From the IMG/VR virus record IMGVR_UViG_3300029258_001230: a stretch of 20,000 nt of DNA; one strand, given 5' to 3'. This DNA is from an uncultured virus (IMG/VR IMGVR_UViG_3300029258_001230) (lineage: Duplodnaviria > Heunggongvirae > Uroviricota > Caudoviricetes). A program made the translations under genes and the position numbers. How positions within the stretch are numbered: the stretch's first letter is position 1; each line of letters begins with the position of its first letter. The notes beneath the pieces were generated by a model. It did no database searches, was not told where the DNA came from, and worked only from the letters and a program-made list of their open reading frames with translations. Of the stretch, positions 1 through 7,825 are shown piece after piece.

Positions 1-1
1 A

Positions 2-97
2 ACGGCAGGTTTTTTAGCGTATAAGCACTTCACCAAAGAGGAAGATGTAAACGGAGAAGAGACTCATTCAGGAGCGTCTGGATGTGGGTGTAGTTAA
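2..97 (+). CDS. 3' end of a truncated small protein (end of hydrophobic segment, C-terminal SGASGCGCS)
   Basis: Frame 2 is open from the window edge: TAGFLAYKHFTKEEDVNGEETHSGASGCGCS*, stop TAA at 95-97; not in ORF track. Confidence 0.55.
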   Translation, partial: TAGFLAYKHFTKEEDVNGEETHSGASGCGCS

Positions 98-120
98 TTT
101 AAGTTTAAGGTAAAAAAGGT

Positions 121-570
121 ATGGAAAAAAAGAAAAGAAACATTTTAATCGGAGTAGGGTTGATTGCTACTGGGTTAATCTTAACGAAAAGAGCAGTTGA
201 CAAAGGAAAAGAAGTTCCTGTGATCGGGAAATTGTTTAAAAAAGATGGTGCATCAGAAGAAGTAGCTGTTGAACAAGTAACAGAAGAAAGTCATTCAGAA
301 GCTATAGGAATTAGAGGTGGTTCAGGTAGTATTAAATGGCAAAACTGTTTCACAGATGATAAAGGGAATACTTGTTGTTATCACCCTACTACGGGAGATG
401 TTCACTGTAACGTAGGAGCTTCAAAGGTAAGGGCTAAAGCAAATGCTATTGACAGGAGTTTTAGAAGTGTTCAAAGAGATTTGAGAGGTAGAACGGTTAG
501 ACCACTAAGAAGAGCTGTTAGGACAAATGCACTTAACAGAGCTTCTTTGTTTCAAATGTACGGTTTATAG
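121..570 (+). CDS. Hypothetical protein with N-terminal membrane anchor, Cys cluster and Arg-rich C-terminus
   Basis: KKKR followed by hydrophobic NILIGVGLIATGLIL; C-x8-CC-x9-C cluster; basic tail; followed by terminator. Confidence 0.75.
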   Translation: MEKKKRNILIGVGLIATGLILTKRAVDKGKEVPVIGKLFKKDGASEEVAVEQVTEESHSEAIGIRGGSGSIKWQNCFTDDKGNTCCYHPTTGDVHCNVGASKVRAKANAIDRSFRSVQRDLRGRTVRPLRRAVRTNALNRASLFQMYGL

Positions 571-592
571 TTTAAGTAATTAATTTAAAATT

Positions 593-619
593 AAAGGGAG
601 GCTAGTTCTCCCTTTTTTT
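593..619 (+). terminator. Rho-independent terminator
   Basis: AAAGGGAG-gctagtt-CTCCCTTT stem followed by T-tract right after ORF 121-570. Confidence 0.8.
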
Positions 620-622
620 GTT

Positions 623-1120
623 ATGCACAAAGAAGCAAAAGAAGAGGCGATAAGGTTTTCTGAATTATATCTAAAAGATGCTGAAAATCTACAAATTTTA
701 GACGTAGGGAGTTATAGCGTTAATGGATCGTTAAGAGAGGTTTTTGAAAAACATGGAAACTATACAGGATTAGATATTCAGGAAGGAAAAAACGTTGATA
801 TTGTAAGCCCCGTAGATAACTTTATATTTACGGATAATATGTTTGACGTTATTGTTTCTAGTAGTTGCTTTGAGCATAATATCGTGTTTTGGAAAACATT
901 TGAAGAAATGATTAGAGTTGCTAAATCGGAAGCCTTAATTTTTATCAACACACCTAGCAGAGGTGGTTATCATGGTTATCCATTAGACTGTTGGAGGTTT
1001 TACAAAGACGCATATAAAGCGTTAGAGATGTCTAATTCTGGTAAAGTAGAGTTGTTGGAGCAAAGGTTTAATGATAAAGGGCATTGGGGCGATAATATCG
1101 GGATATTTAAAGTAAAGTAA
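623..1120 (+). CDS. Class I SAM-dependent methyltransferase (Methyltransf_11-like)
   Basis: ILDVGS motif I, YTGLDI, FDVIVSSSCFEH, YHGYPLDCWRF typical of glycan-locus methyltransferases. Confidence 0.85.
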   Translation: MHKEAKEEAIRFSELYLKDAENLQILDVGSYSVNGSLREVFEKHGNYTGLDIQEGKNVDIVSPVDNFIFTDNMFDVIVSSSCFEHNIVFWKTFEEMIRVAKSEALIFINTPSRGGYHGYPLDCWRFYKDAYKALEMSNSGKVELLEQRFNDKGHWGDNIGIFKVK

Positions 1121-1665
1121 TGAGAAAGGTTTATTATTCTACGCCATACGATCAGTCAATGAATATTGGAAGGTATTACAATGATTTCATGGAGCTACTT
1201 CCAAGTGATGATTGTTGGGCTGTTTTCACGGATGGAGATGCTATGTTCTCAACTCCTGATTACGGTAGTAAGATAGAGTACATAATCGCTAAACACGGAA
1301 AAGAATACCCTTTACTAACTTCTGTTACTAATCGAATAGGAAGACCAGAACAAAGAGTAAATGGAACATGGGAAAGTAATGATTTGTCGTTTCACAGAAG
1401 CAAGGGAGAGCAAGTATGGAGTCAAAATAAAGACCTTATAGATAACGCTACTAATTACCAACCAATAGGAGGGGTGTTATTAGCACTCAATAAAGGCAGA
1501 TGGAAAAAGGTAGGGAAATTCTCTGAAAAAGGGATGTTGGGAATTGATAACGATATTCACAGAAAATTTGTATCTTTCGGAATGAAAGTGGGTATCATGA
1601 AGGGTATTTATATGATTCATTGGTACAGAGGGGGAGACGCAAAAAACAAGAAACATTTATTATAA
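1120..1665 (+). CDS. GT-A fold (GT2-like) glycosyltransferase
   Basis: DxD motif in VFTDGDAMF, GGVLLAL..WKKVGKF, GIDNDI, terminal H motif; start overlaps upstream stop. Confidence 0.65.
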   Translation: MRKVYYSTPYDQSMNIGRYYNDFMELLPSDDCWAVFTDGDAMFSTPDYGSKIEYIIAKHGKEYPLLTSVTNRIGRPEQRVNGTWESNDLSFHRSKGEQVWSQNKDLIDNATNYQPIGGVLLALNKGRWKKVGKFSEKGMLGIDNDIHRKFVSFGMKVGIMKGIYMIHWYRGGDAKNKKHLL

Positions 1666-1676
1666 ACCGAATAAAC

Positions 1677-2222
1677 ATGGAAAGAAAAGTTTTTTTATTA
1701 GGAAGAGCTAAATCAGGAACGAGGTCTATTGATAAAGCCTTAAATGACTTAGGGTATTCGACTCTAAACAAACACCAAGGGCTAGATACCGATAATCTAG
1801 CACAAGACATCATTAAGAAAATGAAAAATAAAGGAGCTTTCACAGCTACCGTTAAATTTGATATTGAGCAAATAAAAGAGATTGAAAAAACTTATCCAGA
1901 AGCCGTGTTCATTCTTACGGAAAGACCTTCTGATAAGTGGTACTCATCATGGGTGGGTCATCATTCAAGAAAAGCAACAAAAGAAAATCCCAGAACAGAA
2001 GAAACGGCTTTTAAGAATAAAGGGGCGTGGGTAGATAAGTATTACATTGAGTATAATACTTTAGTAAAAAGACATTTCCAAGGAAGAGAATGGAAACTTT
2101 TACACATAATGTATGGAGCTAAAAATGATAATTGGGGCGCACTATGTAGCTTTCTTAAAAAGCCAGTTCCAAAAGGCGGTTTCCCACATCAAAATAGATC
2201 GGTAGATCAAAAGAAAAAGTAA
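1677..2222 (+). CDS. Sulfotransferase-like P-loop protein (Sulfotransfer_4-like)
   Basis: KVFLLGRAKSGTRSI (5'-PSB-like loop), FILTERPSDKWYSSW (3'-PB-like), WGALCSFLKKPVP..FPHQN; ATG 1677 preferred over the overlapping 1620 start. Confidence 0.75.
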   Translation: MERKVFLLGRAKSGTRSIDKALNDLGYSTLNKHQGLDTDNLAQDIIKKMKNKGAFTATVKFDIEQIKEIEKTYPEAVFILTERPSDKWYSSWVGHHSRKATKENPRTEETAFKNKGAWVDKYYIEYNTLVKRHFQGREWKLLHIMYGAKNDNWGALCSFLKKPVPKGGFPHQNRSVDQKKK

Positions 2223-2878
2223 TGAATCGAAAAGTCATATATAGTGCTATATTTGGCAATTACGATGCGGTCAAAATACATAGTCATATCAATAAGGAAT
2301 ATGACTATGTATTATTTTCTGACTCTGCTACTATATCAGCTCAATCTAGCAGGATGGATAGTTCTAATTGGACTGTTATCAATATGGGTAATGTTTCAAA
2401 TCCTCGTTTATTAGCTAGAGAATTAAAAGTTTTGAATAAGGTTTTAGGTTCTTATTCGGAATCAATATGGTTAGACGGTAAATATAAACAGATTGGAGAT
2501 ATTAACGATTTGTTTGAAAACGACTCAAGCTATTTTACGACTATGACTCATCCTAGTAGGAGTTGCGTATATAAAGAAGCGGAGGCTTGTGTTTCAATGG
2601 GTAGAGGGAATAAAGATGATATATTAACGCAGATAGAAAGGTATCAATCAGAAGGGCTTCCAAAAAACATCGGAATGGTTAATTCAGCCGTAATAAGGAG
2701 GTTTAACACACCTAGAGTTAATGCGATCAATGAGGGTTGGTGGAACGAGATAGAAAACGGAAGTATCAGAGACCAAATAAGTTTTAACTACGTTTTGTGG
2801 AAATTAAAAGAAAAAATCCATATATTCGACCATAACAAACTTAAAGGAGTTCTTCAAGAACACAAACATTTAATTTAG
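2222..2878 (+). CDS. DUF616 / TOD1-MUCI70-like glycosyltransferase
   Basis: VIYSAIFGNYD, SIWLDG, HPSRSCVYKEAEAC, RDQISFNYVLWK. Confidence 0.8.
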   Translation: MNRKVIYSAIFGNYDAVKIHSHINKEYDYVLFSDSATISAQSSRMDSSNWTVINMGNVSNPRLLARELKVLNKVLGSYSESIWLDGKYKQIGDINDLFENDSSYFTTMTHPSRSCVYKEAEACVSMGRGNKDDILTQIERYQSEGLPKNIGMVNSAVIRRFNTPRVNAINEGWWNEIENGSIRDQISFNYVLWKLKEKIHIFDHNKLKGVLQEHKHLI

Positions 2879-2883
2879 ACAAT

Positions 2884-3525
2884 ATGAAAAGATGGGACAT
2901 TATTAATTCTTATATCCATAAGGAAGGGTATTCTACGTATTTAGAAATCGGTTTGCAGTCTGGAATTTGCAGAGATAATATACAGATTCCAAACAAGAAT
3001 AAAACCACGGTAGACCCTGATGAAAGGTCAAATAACCCAACTCACAATATGACTTCTGATGAGTTCTTTGAGCAAAACGACAAGACTTTTGATGTGATAT
3101 TCATTGATGGATTACACCATGCAGAACAAGTGTTTAAAGATATTGAAAATGCCTTAGAGGTGCTTAATGAAGGTGGGACAATATTTTGTCATGATATGCT
3201 TCCAATTGAAGAGGTGCAAGCTAAAGTTCCGAGAGAAACGCAAGTATGGAACGGTGACTGTTGGAAGGCTTGGTATAAGTTAAAAGGTACTAGAGACGAC
3301 TTAGATATGTTCGTTATTGAAAGAGATTGGGGTGTTGGTGTTATTAAGAAAGGTTCTCAGGAAGTGGTCAAGGAATTAGATATTCCAATGAGTGAAATGA
3401 CTTGGTCTTTCTATATGGAGCATAAAAGAAAAAACACTATTGGAAAAATAGATGGGAAAGAATTTAAGAATCACAACCCAGAGTTCTTTAATGATCCGAA
3501 ACTATTTAAACCAATGAATAGATAG
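2884..3525 (+). CDS. Class I SAM-dependent methyltransferase (Methyltransf_24-like)
   Basis: YLEIG, TVDP, FDVIFIDGLH, LNEGGTIFCHD, WNGDCWKA. Confidence 0.85.
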   Translation: MKRWDIINSYIHKEGYSTYLEIGLQSGICRDNIQIPNKNKTTVDPDERSNNPTHNMTSDEFFEQNDKTFDVIFIDGLHHAEQVFKDIENALEVLNEGGTIFCHDMLPIEEVQAKVPRETQVWNGDCWKAWYKLKGTRDDLDMFVIERDWGVGVIKKGSQEVVKELDIPMSEMTWSFYMEHKRKNTIGKIDGKEFKNHNPEFFNDPKLFKPMNR

Positions 3526-3701
3526 TTGAGAATTTAAAACTAACGAGTAACTTAACTGATGTGCTAATACCAGAAAGTGAAGGTTCGTAAATATAAATAT
3601 ATTGACAGGATAGCCGAGCCTATATAAGTAAGTAGGAAGTTTCTAATGTTTTAAAGGATGGCAACAAGTTTTAATTAGAAGCGAAATAAATAGTTTGAAA
3701 A

Positions 3702-3872
3702 ATGAAATACACCATAGAAATATTAGAAAGAAGCATTGATTCTCTTGAAGTTGCTTATATGATGAGAGTAGTTAGAGGCACTGTTGATAAGGATAGTGAA
3801 CAAGCTATCATCAACAGACATAGAGTTGATGAGTTGAAGAAAGCAATAAACATTTTGCAAAGTAATTCATAA
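3702..3872 (+). CDS. Hypothetical 56-aa protein (not in ORF track)
   Basis: MKYTIEILERSIDSLEVAYMMRVVRGTVDKDSEQAIINRHRVDELKKAINILQSNS*; stop codon lies in left box of palindromic site 1. Confidence 0.65.
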   Translation: MKYTIEILERSIDSLEVAYMMRVVRGTVDKDSEQAIINRHRVDELKKAINILQSNS

Positions 3873-3996
3873 TGGTCGAGCATAACAAATGGTGGGGATA
3901 AAGAGCGAAACCCTTTCACACCACAAAAAAGATAATTAGTAACCGAATAGCTTAAAGTTGGAAACCTGCCCCACTTTTTGTTATACATTGTAATAG
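3867..3996 (+). repeat. attC-like site 1 (long type, degenerate core boxes)
   Basis: Arms ATAACAAATGGTGGGG (3882-3897) and CCCCACTTTTTGTTAT (3969-3984); outer boxes read AAT and GTA instead of AAC and GTT; 130 bp, similar to sites 2 and 5. Confidence 0.6.
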
Positions 3997-4019
3997 GTAG
4001 GCTTTAATACAATTTTATT

Positions 4020-4223
4020 ATGGCAAAGAAAGTTAAACGTCATGTAGTAAAAGAGACTCTTTATCATGCTATTTCAAAAAAGAAAAACGGAGAGGTTGTT
4101 AATTTAGAAATGAATGCTAAAAACAAAGCTCATTTCAAGAGAAAAGCAAAAGAGTTTGGGTACAGTGTTACTGGAAATATATTTTCAGGCAAGGCAAGGT
4201 CTTATATGGATATGCAACAGTAA
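4020..4223 (+). CDS. Hypothetical basic 67-aa protein (cassette cargo)
   Basis: ORF track; sole gene between sites 1 and 2. Confidence 0.7.
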   Translation: MAKKVKRHVVKETLYHAISKKKNGEVVNLEMNAKNKAHFKRKAKEFGYSVTGNIFSGKARSYMDMQQ

Positions 4224-4230
4224 TGTTACA

Positions 4231-4256
4231 AGGTAGGCTCTTTCGGGGGCTTACCT
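4231..4256 (+). other. Small hairpin abutting site 2
   Basis: AGGTAGGCTCT-TTCG-GGGGCTTACCT with G-T wobbles; no T-tract. Confidence 0.45.
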
Positions 4257-4387
4257 ATAACGGTTACTTGTATGAGTATTAGCCGATTAGAAATTACAGA
4301 AGTATCGAATTGAAAATTAACTTAATAAATAGTAATAGCTTTAAAAACAAGCACTGCAACGGCTATTGCTTATACAAATTGTTGTGG
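4255..4387 (+). repeat. attC-like site 2 (long type)
   Basis: CTATAAC-ggttac-TTGTATGAGTATTAGCCG ... CGGCTATTGCTTATACAA-att-GTTGTGG; 133 bp. Confidence 0.8.
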
Positions 4388-4401
4388 TGCGTTATTTAGC
4401 G

Positions 4402-4710
4402 ATGGCAAAATTTAGAAAGAAACCTGTGATTATTGAAGCAATTCAATTAAAAGAAACGAACATAAGCGAAGTGCTTAATTTTATGGGGCAAACTGTAAGA
4501 TTACCATCTTTTCAAGAGCAAATGAGATTTGAGCAGTATGAAGATAGTGTCATTGAAAACGGTATGGATATATACACTTTAGAAGATGGTAGAGATGGTA
4601 GAGCGAAGCACGTAGCGACTATTGGTGATTGGATTATTAAAGGTGTTAAAGGTGAGTTTTATCCTTGTAAACCTGATATTTTTGAACAGACCTATGAGAG
4701 CGTTGGCTAA
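4402..4710 (+). CDS. Conserved phage protein (KKPV.IEA / GDWIIKGVKGEFYPCKPDIF family), cassette cargo
   Basis: Recognisable widespread phage motifs; ATG 4402 preferred over TTG 4366, which lies inside site 2; stop TAA is part of GGCTAAC box of site 3. Confidence 0.85.
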   Translation: MAKFRKKPVIIEAIQLKETNISEVLNFMGQTVRLPSFQEQMRFEQYEDSVIENGMDIYTLEDGRDGRAKHVATIGDWIIKGVKGEFYPCKPDIFEQTYESVG

Positions 4711-4776
4711 CACCGTTATAACCTCCGTTTTAATGGAGGGTTATGTGGTGTTATGATCCGTTGCGATAGCTAATGG
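4705..4776 (+). repeat. attC-like site 3 (short type, 4705-4756) plus tail hairpin (4758-4776)
   Basis: TAACACC-gtt-ATAACC-TCC-gttttaat-GGA-g-GGTTAT-gt-GGTGTTA then CCGTT-GC-gata-GC-t-AATGG; near-identical to site 7. Confidence 0.85.
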
Positions 4777-4801
4777 CGTTTTCTTTTTTTAAATCAAATC
4801 A

Positions 4802-5080
4802 ATGATAGTAAAATATTCAATAATAGTATTCCTTACTCAATTAGTTTTCATAGGTTGTAGAACGTGGAATGTTAAGGCAATATCTAAAGATAAGATTGGT
4901 CAAGTTCTTTTGTCTGGATCATTAATACATATAGCATGGTTGATTTCTATTTCAATTGGTGCTATTTCTGTAAATGAAATTATTTCCGATTTTGATTGGA
5001 GGTATTTACCTGTTGTAATCTGCTCTTTGATAGGTGGATTAGTAGGTAGCTATATCTCAATGAAAAGTAAAAAGATTTAG
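4802..5080 (+). CDS. Small integral membrane protein (about 3 TM helices)
   Basis: Three hydrophobic segments, GGLVGSY glycine motif. Confidence 0.75.
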   Translation: MIVKYSIIVFLTQLVFIGCRTWNVKAISKDKIGQVLLSGSLIHIAWLISISIGAISVNEIISDFDWRYLPVVICSLIGGLVGSYISMKSKKI

Positions 5081-5086
5081 AATACA

Positions 5087-5131
5087 TTTGTATTTTAACA
5101 ATCAAAACTATATTTTAGCACAAACACAAAC
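5087..5131 (+). promoter_or_regulatory. Putative Bacteroidota-type promoter with ACACAAAC leader
   Basis: TTTG(5087)-N20-TATTTTAG(5111) then CACAAACACAAAC; resembles TTTG/TAnnTTTG consensus; recurs at 8490, 18192 (-) and 19866 (-). Confidence 0.55.
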
Positions 5132-5141
5132 ATTTTAAATC

Positions 5142-6185
5142 ATGGAATTAGAAAAGATTGACCCTGAAAAGTATGGGTTAGAAGAAATGAAAGCGGAACA
5201 AATACGTTCTCAATTTCAACCAATGCTTGACAAGATGGTCGAGTTAGAAAAGGAAGCAAATGAAGTGTTTAGCAAGCCTATTGATGAAGACACTTGTAAA
5301 TTAGCTAAAGAGGTTAGGTTGAAATTCGTTAAGGTAAGAACAGGAACGGCTAAAGTTCATAAGGAGCAAAAGGCTTTTTACTTAGCGGCTGGTAAGTTTA
5401 TTGATGGGTGGAAGAACACACAAAAATTTGCTTCTGAGGGAGTTGAAAAACGTCTTTTAGAAATTGAGAAGTATTACGAAAACTTGGAACTTCAAAAAAT
5501 CAAGGAATTAAGAGAGTCCAGAGAAGAAGAGTTGAAGTCGTTTGATGTAGAGGTTATTCCAGAGGGGTTAGGCGTAATGGATGATGCTATTTGGGATAAT
5601 TACATTCAGGGAGTCAAGACCAACCACAAGTTAAGAAAAGAAGCAGAAGAAAAGTCTCGATTGGAACAAGAGGAGAAAGAGCGAAAAGCAAAACTTCACG
5701 AAAGCAGAAAGAATAAGGTTCTTCATTTTTGGTTCTTAATGAATGATGAAGAAAAGCAGTTAGATTTTTCGGACTTCACTAATGATGAGTTTGACCAATT
5801 TTATCAAGACTTCTCAAAGCAGAAAGAGAATCACGATTTAGATCAAAAGAAAATTAAGGAAGAGAACGAAAGGCTTAAACGTGAGCAAGAGGAGAAAGAA
5901 GCCGAGGCAAAACGTCAAAGAGAGTTAGAAGCTAAAAAGCTCAGAAAACTAGAGGAGGAGAAAAAGGCTTTAGAACTAGAAGCTGAAAACAAGCGAAAAG
6001 CAGAAAAGGAAAAAGAAGAATTAGAACTTTCCAAAAAGGATTCGGATAAGGTTAAAGCACTAATCAATGATGTTACCGAATTAAAATTAAAGTATTCTTT
6101 CAAGTCAAAGAAGAATAAAGTAATGTTTGATGGGGTGTGTTCTCTTTTAGAGAAAGTAATCCATTATATTCAGACAAATAGTTAG
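5142..6185 (+). CDS. Coiled-coil phage protein, function unknown
   Basis: 347 aa, strongly E/K-rich helical C-terminal half. Confidence 0.85.
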   Translation: MELEKIDPEKYGLEEMKAEQIRSQFQPMLDKMVELEKEANEVFSKPIDEDTCKLAKEVRLKFVKVRTGTAKVHKEQKAFYLAAGKFIDGWKNTQKFASEGVEKRLLEIEKYYENLELQKIKELRESREEELKSFDVEVIPEGLGVMDDAIWDNYIQGVKTNHKLRKEAEEKSRLEQEEKERKAKLHESRKNKVLHFWFLMNDEEKQLDFSDFTNDEFDQFYQDFSKQKENHDLDQKKIKEENERLKREQEEKEAEAKRQRELEAKKLRKLEEEKKALELEAENKRKAEKEKEELELSKKDSDKVKALINDVTELKLKYSFKSKKNKVMFDGVCSLLEKVIHYIQTNS

Positions 6186-6217
6186 TAAACAATTTTTTTA
6201 ATTATAAATCAAGTATT

Positions 6218-6685
6218 ATGAATTTCAAGTGTAAAATTTCCTACATTAAACAGAACGAAAACGGATCAGTTGTAAAAGTTAAAGAAGAATATGTAGTTCC
6301 TGCATTGTCTTTTACCGAAGCAGAAGCGAATCTTCAAAGTATTTTAGAAAGCTATATTGCAGAGTATAACCTTGAAAGCTGTACTCCTTTAAAAGTGACA
6401 GATGTTATTTTTGGAGAGGGAGCAGATGATTTTTACAAAGCTAAGATAGATTATGTTAGTTATGATGAAGATTCTGGGAAAGAAAAGAAGATTTCTGAAA
6501 CTTATTTAATCCGTTCTAACAACCTTAAAGATTGTTTACCTATGATTGAATCAAGAATGGAAGGAAGTGTTGTTAATTGGGAGGTAACGTCTGTTTCAAA
6601 GACCAATATCGCAGACGTGTTTGTTGCTGAGCAATTAAAAGAAGCTTTAGGAATGAATATTCAAGAATCTGTTGAATCAAAGTAA
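6218..6685 (+). CDS. DUF4494-like protein (Bacteroidota)
   Basis: FKCKISY..ENG..KVKEEYVVPALSFTEAE, FYKAKI..DEDSGKEKK. Confidence 0.8.
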   Translation: MNFKCKISYIKQNENGSVVKVKEEYVVPALSFTEAEANLQSILESYIAEYNLESCTPLKVTDVIFGEGADDFYKAKIDYVSYDEDSGKEKKISETYLIRSNNLKDCLPMIESRMEGSVVNWEVTSVSKTNIADVFVAEQLKEALGMNIQESVESK

Positions 6686-6687
6686 AA

Positions 6688-6915
6688 ATGGATTTAAAAT
6701 GTATTGATAAGCATAAAGACGAGGACTCCGTTTTGGAGTTCTTGTCCGTTGCTAAAGAGTTTGATAACGGCATTTCGTTAGAGGACAATGTAACTATATT
6801 AAATATGGACAGGTTTTGTAATTCAATGATTAACCTAATCAAAGCAAAACCAAGTAAGCTTCAATATGAGCTAGCTATCCAAATGTCAAAATCATTAATG
6901 GCAGAGATTACCTAA
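6688..6915 (+). CDS. Hypothetical protein
   Basis: ORF track; starts 3 bp after upstream stop. Confidence 0.65.
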   Translation: MDLKCIDKHKDEDSVLEFLSVAKEFDNGISLEDNVTILNMDRFCNSMINLIKAKPSKLQYELAIQMSKSLMAEIT

Positions 6916-6995
6916 TAAACATTTTGTTAAAAAACAATAGGCAATTGCAGTAAAATTGAGTTTAACTTTATAATCCAAAATTAAAATTCAAGACT

Positions 6996-7157
6996 ATGGC
7001 AGAAATTCAGGAAGAGATTAAGAGATTACAGGGTAAGTTGACGGGGGATATGTTTAAAGACATGGACGTTAAACATAGAATCCATAAGTTAGAAATGAAG
7101 ATGAATGGTGTGAAGCCGAATGATTCTCATTTTGAGTGCGTTGGATGTAGTGCTTAA
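6996..7157 (+). CDS. 53-aa protein ending in CxxC-S-A (not in ORF track)
   Basis: MAEIQEEIKRLQGKLTGDMFKDMDVKHRIHKLEMKMNGVKPNDSHFECVGCSA*; AT-rich leader and own terminator. Confidence 0.8.
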   Translation: MAEIQEEIKRLQGKLTGDMFKDMDVKHRIHKLEMKMNGVKPNDSHFECVGCSA

Positions 7158-7181
7158 TTAATTTTAGTTTTAGTTTTTAGG

Positions 7182-7208
7182 AAAAGAGGGGTAATTCCCT
7201 CTTTTTTT
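7182..7208 (+). terminator. Rho-independent terminator
   Basis: AAAAGAGGG-gtaatt-CCCTCTTTT plus T-tract. Confidence 0.8.
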
Positions 7209-7297
7209 GTATATTAGTGTCACACAAACGTTAATAACAGGTAATTGTAATGAGACTAGAGGTCAATAGAATTGCTAATGAATGCCTTTAAATATTA

Positions 7298-7371
7298 CAA
7301 TAACACCGTAATAACAAACGTCCGCAGGATGTTTAGTTATGGGGTGTTGAAGAGCGTTGCGAAGCTAATGC
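7298..7371 (+). repeat. attC-like site 4 (short type, 7298-7352) plus tail hairpin (7354-7371); solo copy
   Basis: AACACC-gta-ATAAC-AAACGTCC-gca-GGATGTTT-a-GTTAT-gg-GGTGTT then GCGTT-GC-gaa-GC-t-AATGC; near-identical to site 6. Confidence 0.85.
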
Positions 7372-7405
7372 GAATTATTTTAAAAAACACACAAATACTA
7401 AAATT

Positions 7406-7825
7406 ATGATTGAGTTAATACCACCTTACGTCTATGTTGGGTTAGATTACAAAGTAGAGGATAAGGACTATATTTCTTATGTGGAAGATAAAACAAAAAC
7501 CATTATTAATAGGTTTTGCGGATTAGATTACCAAACATATATGATAGATAATGCTAATAGTAGAAAAAGAGAGTATGTTGTTCCTAGACAAATATACTTC
7601 TTTTTATGCCATAACATTCTTTTGGGCAGAAGGGAATATATTATATCCAAGTTTGCAAGAGAAAAGGGTTTTAATCATGGAACTCTTATTTCAAATATTA
7701 ATAGGATAAAAGGGTTTGTGGAAACAGATAAGTTGCTTAACTTTGAAATTCAGAACATGTTAAAATCAATAAAAGAATGGACTTTTCGTTACGAGCCAAC
7801 AAACACTTTTCAAGACCTCTTTTAG
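7406..7825 (+). CDS. Protein with DnaA C-terminal (domain IV)-like helix-turn-helix
   Basis: SRKREYVVPRQIYFFL ... NHGTLISNINRI ... ETDK resembles DnaA domain IV (R.r.i..pRQiamyl ... dHtTv.ha..ki). Confidence 0.6.
   Translation: MIELIPPYVYVGLDYKVEDKDYISYVEDKTKTIINRFCGLDYQTYMIDNANSRKREYVVPRQIYFFLCHNILLGRREYIISKFAREKGFNHGTLISNINRIKGFVETDKLLNFEIQNMLKSIKEWTFRYEPTNTFQDLF

Noticed and set aside
1595..1843. Antisense ORF (likewise 3755-3988, 5915-6103, 6573-6842, 8749-8967 and + strand 14500-14772)
   Set aside because: Shadow frames opposite better-supported genes, with atypical composition.
3580..3685. Weak inverted repeats (AGGTTCG/CGAGCCT, TTCTAAT/ATTAGAA) after the glycan cluster
   Set aside because: Short stems with long AT-rich loops and no AAC/GTT boxes; not distinguishable from chance.
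4366..4401. TTG-initiated N-terminal extension of the 4402 gene
   Set aside because: Lies in the right arm of site 2; the family motif begins right after ATG 4402.
4705..4756. Palindromes as ordinary rho-independent terminators
   Set aside because: Main hairpins lack an adjacent T-tract, have conserved AAC/GTT ends and internal asymmetry, and differ from the clear terminators at 593, 7182 and 13481.
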